Of a stretch of DNA of 64,000 nt, positions 57,477 through 64,000 are shown in pieces. A program made the translations under genes and the position numbers. Source of the DNA: Candidatus Binatia bacterium (lineage in GTDB: Bacteria; Desulfobacterota; Binatia; UBA9968; JAJDTQ01); the NCBI GenBank assembly GCA_963666515.2, contig OY762897.2:1888001-1952000 (forward strand), read 5' to 3'. The notes under the pieces were generated by a model. The model was not told the DNA's origin. It saw only the letters and a program-made list of their open reading frames with translations, and did no database searches. Numbering within the stretch: the first letter of the stretch is position 1; every line of letters starts with the position of its first letter.

Positions 57477-57806
57477 TGACCTGCCTCCCAAGATGTCCTC
57501 GCCGATAATTTGCTGGGTTTTCGCTGTGCTTCGCCACGGACTCCGTCGGTCAGTCCACTTTCTTCGGAATAGCGCCTTTCCACACACGTGTACGTGCGGC
57601 GTTGAAGAAGGCTGCGCGACTCTGCCGAAATGGGGTTGAAAGACCTTAGTTTCAGCGGGAAAGGAGAAACGCCACCATGGGAGAGGATAGGAAAGAAAGG
57701 GATGGGAGTCCAGTGTTTGTGGACGAATTGAGCGAGATGCTGAGGGCCGGGCACAGCTGAACCCGCCGGGTTTATTTACCGAACACGCTACTGTACCCAA
57801 TAGGTG

Positions 57807-58259
57807 TCATCGCGACCTTTCCAGCGCGGCAACCCCGTCAAAGGGATCGATGGCGGGGATGCCAAGCGGCGTGAAGTGGCGTAGGTTACGGGTCAGAATG
57901 GTCAAATTGCGGCTGCCGGCCGTCGCCGCGATGGCGATATCGGCGAAACCGGGCGATTGACCAGCCGCCCGGGCCTTGTCCGAAAGCTCACCCGCCAGAC
58001 CTGCGGCGGCGACATCAAATGGCAGAACCCGTGAACCGTAGAGATGGAGCACGGTCTTGAGCCAGTTACCGAGATCGTCAGCTCGGGATTGCGAGCGTGT
58101 GCGCCGCACTTTGGCAATACCATCGGATATCTCGGCCACTGTGACCACCGAGAGAAACAGATCATCCGAATGAGAGTCCATCCAGCCCATCAGGTATTCC
58201 GGTCGCTCACGACGACCCGGAGAGGCGATTGAGACCACGTTGGTATCGATCAGATACAC
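57807..58259 (-). CDS. VapC/PIN toxin
   Basis: YLIDTNVVS, SVVTVAEI, DIAIAATA, LTRNLRHF. Confidence 0.93.
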   Translation of the reverse strand: MYLIDTNVVSIASPGRRERPEYLMGWMDSHSDDLFLSVVTVAEISDGIAKVRRTRSQSRADDLGNWLKTVLHLYGSRVLPFDVAAAGLAGELSDKARAAGQSPGFADIAIAATAGSRNLTILTRNLRHFTPLGIPAIDPFDGVAALERSR

Positions 58260-58267
58260 TCTTGCCT

Positions 58268-58510
58268 CTACAGTTCGGTGTCACGTAGTGGGCTCGTATC
58301 GCGCGGTGTCAGGTCTCCGTCCTCGACCGGCGCGGAAAGGAGCAGCCGGCCGAACGACGGCACACTGCGAAGTCGGTCCCACTCCTCGATTCCAAGCAAC
58401 ACGGCTCGTGGCTTTCCATGCCGCGTAATGACGGCGGTCTCCCCTTCCGCCGCCCCCTCTACCAAGGCCGAAAGCTGGGCCTTCGCGTCTCGCAACTGAA
58501 TCTGCCGCAT
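58268..58510 (-). CDS. Phd/YefM family antitoxin
   Basis: LRDAKAQLSALV, VITRHGKPRAVL. Confidence 0.92.
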   Translation of the reverse strand: MRQIQLRDAKAQLSALVEGAAEGETAVITRHGKPRAVLLGIEEWDRLRSVPSFGRLLLSAPVEDGDLTPRDTSPLRDTEL

Positions 58511-58571
58511 GACGACCCTCCAAAGAACTACTGTAGTCCGAATAGCTCAGAAATCAAGAAGACACAAGGTC

Positions 58572-58676
58572 ACCGTCATCGGCTCCGACTACGGCCACGC
58601 CGACACCTCCAGCCGATTGGATGCGCTCAAGATTCTGCAAGGGAATGAATCGGTGATCACAGATGCCCGCCGCAAA
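58572..58676 (+). pseudogene. Duplicated 3' fragment of amidohydrolase
   Basis: VIGSDYGHADTSSRLDALKILQGNESVITDARRK, near-identical to 54323-54427. Confidence 0.88.
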
Positions 58677-58688
58677 GGGGCTGCGCTC

Positions 58689-59126
58689 TCATTCAGCTTG
58701 CGGAGCGGGCGGCTTTTCATGAGGTTCGACCGCTGGTACATGCGGTCCCAACGAAAGTGCGGTCAATATCAGGTTCATGTTGGCCGCCATGTCGTCGAAC
58801 CTCTGGTTGATGCGACTCTCCAACTGGACAAACCGGTTGTCCATCTGGATGAACCGGTCATCGACCTGCGCGAAGCGGTCGTCCACCTGCTTGAAGCGCT
58901 CGTCGATCCGCGCGAAGCGGCGGTCCAGCCGACTTTCCATCCGGTCCAGCCGGCCGATGATCTCCCCGTACAGATTCTCGTAGTTGTCGACCCGCCCGTC
59001 CAGCCGGTTGATCTCCGGCCTCACCTGGGCGTGGATGGCCCACTGTACGGCCGCAGCAAGTGTCGTCACCAGCATCACCGCGGCCACCATCACTCCCGCA
59101 TATTCCTTCAGTTTTTCCACCGCCAC
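58689..59126 (-). CDS. Membrane-anchored coiled-coil protein with 4 heptads (copy 2)
   Basis: Near-identical to 54512-55033 but 28 aa (4x7) shorter. Confidence 0.8.
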   Translation of the reverse strand: MAVEKLKEYAGVMVAAVMLVTTLAAAVQWAIHAQVRPEINRLDGRVDNYENLYGEIIGRLDRMESRLDRRFARIDERFKQVDDRFAQVDDRFIQMDNRFVQLESRINQRFDDMAANMNLILTALSLGPHVPAVEPHEKPPAPQAE

Positions 59127-59620
59127 CGTGCCTCCGTTTCAGCATGATAGTATATGCAATCGGCCGGTCAAGCCATTTCCTTAGCTGGAAATGGCCGACG
59201 AACCGGACGGTGATGCTGGAGTTCATGTCAGCGGCCTCCTGCTGAGCGTCGAGTATTTGACAGTCCTCCCCGGCGCTCTCGTACAGTCCCCCTCTCGACC
59301 CATCAGGCACCCTTTCCCGGAGCCCTGTCCCTGACCCTTCTCGGGATTTTCCCTTTCGAGAAACCATCCCTGAATCGGGCACTCGTCTTTCTCCATGAAG
59401 GCTCAATGTGTCCAAGCAAGCGCCTCCACTCCGAGACTGTCCCTACTTATGAAAATAATCCCTGAATTTCGTGCTTTTTTTCATTTCAAGAAGGCTTTAA
59501 TATGTCCGAATGACTGCACCAATTCGCCAGAATCGACGCCTGCTCGTGGGACACGTCGCCGGAAGCCTGTCCGATTAGTCGCATCGTAGCGAGAGGCAGA
59601 GAACCGAAGGTCCTTCGTCC

Positions 59621-62600
59621 ATGGCCAAGGCTGACCGGCTTGTCGTGGTTTGGGCGCTCCTGGCACTGCTTGCCGGGCTGTCGGGGCTCGCCGGGCCCGC
59701 GGCGGCGCAGCAGCGGAGTATCGATGTGTCCTGGCCGGAACACGCCAACTACGTGTCAGTGCACGGCCAGAACAACTACCTCGTGTCGCTCACCAGTGCG
59801 CCGACCGCCGATGTGACGGTCACAATCACCAAGGGCTTATGCTTTCCGACCCAGGGTGCGGCCGACGAGTTCAGCGTGAGCCCGACTTCGCTGACCTTCA
59901 CCAGCTCGAACTGGAGCTCGCCGCAGACCGTGTGGGTCTCCGGCGAAGACGTCTTGAACGAGGCCTGCGGGTTCGCCCACACGGCGACCAGCGACGACAC
60001 CGGCTACGACGAGCTGGTCCACACGCACTACGTCCTGGGCGTTGCCGCACTCTCAAAAATAATGCTGATCCCGACTCTCCGGGCAAGGGGGCTGCTCACG
60101 GGTGAGGGCGGCACCGGAGCCAAGCTGGGCATCTGGCTCACGAACAGGCCGAGCGACACGGTGACGGTGACGGTGTCGCGAACCAAGGGGGACTCGGACA
60201 TCACCGTCAGCCCGAGTTCGGTGACCTTCCCCGTCTCCAACTGGTCGACAATCCGAGAGGTGACGTTCAGCGCCCGGGAGGACGAGGACGCGCTGGCCGG
60301 TCAAACCCACTTCCAGGCCGTGGCGAGCGGCGGCGGCTATAGCGTAACGGAGAAATTCAGGGTCGACGAAGCAGACGACGACATCCCGCTCGGGAAGCCC
60401 AAGAACCTGACCGCGACCGGGGGCGACGGCTCGGCCACCCTGAGCTGGAGGGCTGTCGTTACCAGCAAATCTGTGGTCTACAAGTACCAGTACCAGTACA
60501 AGACCACCGGCGCCTGGGGCGCCTGGACGGACGTCACCGGCAGCCTCACCGGCGCCACCCTCAGCTACAAGGTAACCGGCCTCACCAACGGGACGCTCCA
60601 CACCTTCAGGGTCCGGGCCCACAACGACGTCGCAGGCGCCGCTTCGGACGAGGCGACGGCCACGCCGCTGGCGCCGCTCTCGTTCGGCACGAACACGATC
60701 CCGGACTACAGCCTCGCGCAGAGCCAGGCCATCACCACGGTCACCCTGCCCGAGGCAACCGGCGGTCTCGCGCCGCTCACTTATTCCCTGGCCAAGACCA
60801 GCGGCAGCCCGACGCTGCCGCCGGGGCTCACGTTCACCGCAGCGTCGCGGCAGCTCTCCGGCACCCCCACGACGCTGCAGACCGCGGCGGAGTACACCTA
60901 CACCGTCACCGACAGCGCAACGCCCGCCAACACCGCGACGCTGACCTTCGACATCGCGGTCACCACGGACAGCGCGCCGTCGCTGGGGGCCGTGACGGAC
61001 CGGAGCTTCCACCAGGCGAGCGCCATCGGCGACGTGGTGCTGCCCGCGGCGACCGGCGGCAACGGGCCGCTCACCTACACCCTGGCGCGCACCAGCGGAT
61101 CGCCGGCGCTGCCGCCGGGGCTCAGCTTCGACGGGGCGACGCACACCCTCTCCGGCACCCCGACCGGCACCCAGTCGGCGGTCGGCTACACCTACACCGT
61201 CACCGACAGCGACGGTGACGCGGCCACCGCGACCTTCAACATCACGGTCACCCAGGACAACCAGCCGTCGTTCGGCGACCAGACCGTGGCGGACCAGACC
61301 TGGTACAAGGACATCGCGACCGCCACCGTGACGCTGCCGCAGGCCACCGGCGGCGACACGCCGCTCACCTACACGCTGGCGAAGACCACCGGCACGCCCG
61401 CCCTGCCGCCCGGCGTCAGCTTCGCCGCGGCGAGCCGGCAGCTCACCGGCACGCCCACGGCCACCCAGTCGGCCGCGGGCTACACCTACACCGTCACCGA
61501 CCACGACGGCGACACCGCGACGCTGACCTTCGACATCGGGATCGGCGTCAACACCGCCCCCACCGCCACCGCCGGCGCGGACCGGCGGGCGGCGCTCGGG
61601 GCGACCGTGACCCTCGACGGCAGCAAGAGCAGCGACCCCGAGAAGCAGACCCTCACCTTCGCCTGGACCCACAGCGGCGGCTCGCCCAGCGTCGCCCTGA
61701 CCGGGGCGGACACCGCCAGCCCGAGCTTCACCGCGCCCGCCAGCCTGTCGAGCGAAGCCGACCTCACCTTCACCTTGACGGTCACCGACCCGGGCGGCCT
61801 GACCGCGACCGACACGGTGACCGTCACCGTGGCCACCGCAACGACCAACCGGACGCCGACGGCCAACGCGGGCGCCGACCGCGACGTGCGGGAGGGCGCG
61901 ACGGTCACCCTCGACGGCAGCAAGAGCAGCGACCCGGAGCACGAGACCCTGACCTACGCCTGGGCCCAGAAGGTCCAGGCGCCCATCCCCATCGACCCGC
62001 AACAGCCGCCCGACCTGACGCCGCCGGTCACCCCCACCGTCACCCTGACCGGGGCGACCACCGCCAAGCCCACCTTCACCGCCCCGGAGGTGAGCGGCGA
62101 CACGCCCATCACGTTCACCCTCAAGGTGACCGACGCCAGCAACAACGAGTCCACGGCGGACGAGGTGACGATCACGGTCAAGAACAACAACCAGCCCGCG
62201 GCCAACGCCGGCGCCGACCAGACCGTGTCCGAGGGCGCGAGCGTGACCCTCGACGGCAGCGCCAGCAACGACCTCGACTCCGGCGACACCCTGACCTACG
62301 CCTGGTCCCAGACCGCCGGCACGCCGGACGTGACCCTGACCGGGGCGACCACCGCCAAGCCCACCTTCACCGCGCCGTCCCAGCTCGCGGCGAACGCGTC
62401 TCTGACCTTCACCCTGACGGTCAGCGACGGGCTCAAGACTGACACGGACACGGTCACGGTCACGGTCACCGCGGGGGCGAACGACGCGCCCACGGCGAAC
62501 GCCGGAGCCGACCAGACGGTGGGGGACGGCGCCGTGGTGACCCTCGACGGCAGCGGCAGCAGCGATCCGGAGAAGCAGACGCTGACCTACGCCTGGTCCC

Positions 62601-64000
62601 AGACCGCCGGGACCACGGTGACCCTCAGCAGCGCGACGATCGCGAAGCCGGTCTTCACCGCGCCGGGGGGCCTGTCGAACGACGCCACGCTGACCTTCAG
62701 CCTGACCGTGACCGACCCGGGCGGCCTGGCGTCGTCCGCGGACACGGTGACGATCACCGTGCAGGCGAACACCGCGCCCACCGCCGACGCCGGGAGCGAC
62801 CGCTACGCCGCGGAGGGCGCCACAGTGACCCTCGACGGCAGCGCCAGCACCGACGCGGAGAGCCGGACCCTGACCTACGCCTGGTCCCACAGCGCGGGCT
62901 CGCCCGCGGTGACGCTGACCGGACCGGCCACCGCAAGCCCGAGCTTCACCGCGCCCACCGGCCTCACCCAGGACGCGGCCCTCACCTTCACCCTGACGGT
63001 GACCGACGAGCGCGGCCTGACCGCGACGGACACGGTGGTGGTGACGGTGGCGACCGCGGCGAACAACCAAGCCCCGACCGCCAACGCGGGCGCCGACCAG
63101 ACGATCTCGGAAAGCCTCACCGTGACCCTCGACGGCAGCGCCAGCACCGACCGCGAGGGCGAGGCCCTGGCTTGGGCATGGACCCAGACCGGCACGCCGG
63201 CGGTGACGCTTTCCAGCGCCACCGCGGCGAAGCCCACCTTCACCGCGCCCGCGGTGGCGACCGATACGACCCTGACCTTCAGCCTGACCGTGACCGCGGG
63301 CGGCAAGACCTCGGCCGCGGACACGGTGACGGTGACGGTCAAGGACAACGCGGCCCCGACCGCCAACGCCGGCGCCGACCAGACCGTGTTCGAGAACACG
63401 ACGGCGACCCTCGACGGCAGTGCCAGCACCGACCCGGAGAGCCAGACCCTGACGTACGTCTGGACCCAGATCGGCACGCCGCCGGTGACCCTCTCCAGCG
63501 CGACCGCGGCAAGCCCGACCTTCACCGCGCCCGCGGTCGAGGGCGACACGCCCCTCACCTTCAGCCTGACCGTGACGGACTCGCTGGGCCTCCCCTCCGC
63601 CGCGGACACGGTGACGGTGACGGTGGCCAACAACACCGCGCCGACCGCAAACGCCGGCGCCGACCAGACGGTCACGGAAGGGGTGACGGTGACCCTCGAC
63701 GGCAGCGCCAGCAGCGACGCCGAGAGCAGCACGCTGACGTACGCTTGGTCCCAGACCTCGGGGCCGACGGCGACGCTATCGAGCGCGTCGGCGGCGAGGC
63801 CCACCTTCGCCGCCCCGGCAGTGGCGTCGAACACGGACCTCGTCTTCAGCCTGACCGTGACCGACCCAGGCGGGCTCGTCTCCACCGCGGACACGGTGAC
63901 GATCACCGTAGGCAACAACACCGCTCCGGTGGCCAACGCGGGCGCGGACCGGACCGTCGCCGAGAGCGCCGCGGTGACCCTCGACGGCAGCGCCAGCAGC
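59621..64000 (+). CDS. Giant secreted Ig-like repeat protein/adhesin (two Calx-beta-like, FN3, 3 putative-Ig, at least 9 PKD-like repeats); runs off right edge
   Basis: Not in ORF track because it is open at the edge. ATG 59621 MAKADRLVVVWALLALLAGLSGLAGPAAA|Q; LTFTSSNW; TFRVRAHN; LPPGLTF..RQLSGTPT; repeated PTANAGADQTV..VTLDGS.S.D; frame spot-checked at several points up to 64000. Confidence 0.9.
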   Translation, partial: MAKADRLVVVWALLALLAGLSGLAGPAAAQQRSIDVSWPEHANYVSVHGQNNYLVSLTSAPTADVTVTITKGLCFPTQGAADEFSVSPTSLTFTSSNWSSPQTVWVSGEDVLNEACGFAHTATSDDTGYDELVHTHYVLGVAALSKIMLIPTLRARGLLTGEGGTGAKLGIWLTNRPSDTVTVTVSRTKGDSDITVSPSSVTFPVSNWSTIREVTFSAREDEDALAGQTHFQAVASGGGYSVTEKFRVDEADDDIPLGKPKNLTATGGDGSATLSWRAVVTSKSVVYKYQYQYKTTGAWGAWTDVTGSLTGATLSYKVTGLTNGTLHTFRVRAHNDVAGAASDEATATPLAPLSFGTNTIPDYSLAQSQAITTVTLPEATGGLAPLTYSLAKTSGSPTLPPGLTFTAASRQLSGTPTTLQTAAEYTYTVTDSATPANTATLTFDIAVTTDSAPSLGAVTDRSFHQASAIGDVVLPAATGGNGPLTYTLARTSGSPALPPGLSFDGATHTLSGTPTGTQSAVGYTYTVTDSDGDAATATFNITVTQDNQPSFGDQTVADQTWYKDIATATVTLPQATGGDTPLTYTLAKTTGTPALPPGVSFAAASRQLTGTPTATQSAAGYTYTVTDHDGDTATLTFDIGIGVNTAPTATAGADRRAALGATVTLDGSKSSDPEKQTLTFAWTHSGGSPSVALTGADTASPSFTAPASLSSEADLTFTLTVTDPGGLTATDTVTVTVATATTNRTPTANAGADRDVREGATVTLDGSKSSDPEHETLTYAWAQKVQAPIPIDPQQPPDLTPPVTPTVTLTGATTAKPTFTAPEVSGDTPITFTLKVTDASNNESTADEVTITVKNNNQPAANAGADQTVSEGASVTLDGSASNDLDSGDTLTYAWSQTAGTPDVTLTGATTAKPTFTAPSQLAANASLTFTLTVSDGLKTDTDTVTVTVTAGANDAPTANAGADQTVGDGAVVTLDGSGSSDPEKQTLTYAWSQTAGTTVTLSSATIAKPVFTAPGGLSNDATLTFSLTVTDPGGLASSADTVTITVQANTAPTADAGSDRYAAEGATVTLDGSASTDAESRTLTYAWSHSAGSPAVTLTGPATASPSFTAPTGLTQDAALTFTLTVTDERGLTATDTVVVTVATAANNQAPTANAGADQTISESLTVTLDGSASTDREGEALAWAWTQTGTPAVTLSSATAAKPTFTAPAVATDTTLTFSLTVTAGGKTSAADTVTVTVKDNAAPTANAGADQTVFENTTATLDGSASTDPESQTLTYVWTQIGTPPVTLSSATAASPTFTAPAVEGDTPLTFSLTVTDSLGLPSAADTVTVTVANNTAPTANAGADQTVTEGVTVTLDGSASSDAESSTLTYAWSQTSGPTATLSSASAARPTFAAPAVASNTDLVFSLTVTDPGGLVSTADTVTITVGNNTAPVANAGADRTVAESAAVTLDGSASS

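Larger units (their letters stand above)
54323..59196. repeat. Segmental direct duplication: about 54323-55104 versus 58572-59196
   Basis: Both copies hold the amidohydrolase 3' end (gtcatcggctccgactacggccacg...gatgcccgccgcaa), the coiled-coil gene and upstream DNA to ccatttccttagctggaaatggcc. Confidence 0.92.

Noticed and set aside
60053-63936. Long minus-strand ORFs (1005 aa, 353 aa)
   Set aside because: Antisense to the adhesin, whose plus frame carries the signal peptide and domain motifs

Overview
High-GC bacterial chromosomal segment with no rRNA, tRNA, CRISPR array, transposase or integrase recognised. The many amidohydrolases, hydantoinase/oxoprolinase pairs, solute-binding proteins, toxin-antitoxin (TA) modules and a giant Ig/FN3/PKD-repeat protein resemble uncultured Binatia/'Deltaproteobacteria', possibly host-associated (inference only). 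The left end carries a minus-strand Fe-S/redox operon (stand-alone nuoB-like gene, Rieske ferredoxin, grxD, truncated globin, ferritin-like/VIT1 protein, SagB-type nitroreductase). The backbone is catabolic and transport genes: SDRs, ABC, TRAP, MATE, DMT, GMC oxidoreductase, three HyuB-like and two HyuA-like proteins, CoA-transferase, Rieske oxygenase and 3-hydroxyanthranilate dioxygenase. It is interrupted by small AT-richer islets holding six TA pairs plus HNH, NYN and DUF4238 genes. Two local duplications (6.1-7.5 kb and 54.3-59.2 kb onward) each begin inside the 3' end of a gene. Best candidate for an undescribed system: a sigma70 promoter, a short structured RNA ending in a U-tract, and an intact NYN ribonuclease gene at 46185-46913, which resembles an RNA-antitoxin or attenuated toxin cassette. 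All calls are from motif recognition by eye; no database search was run.
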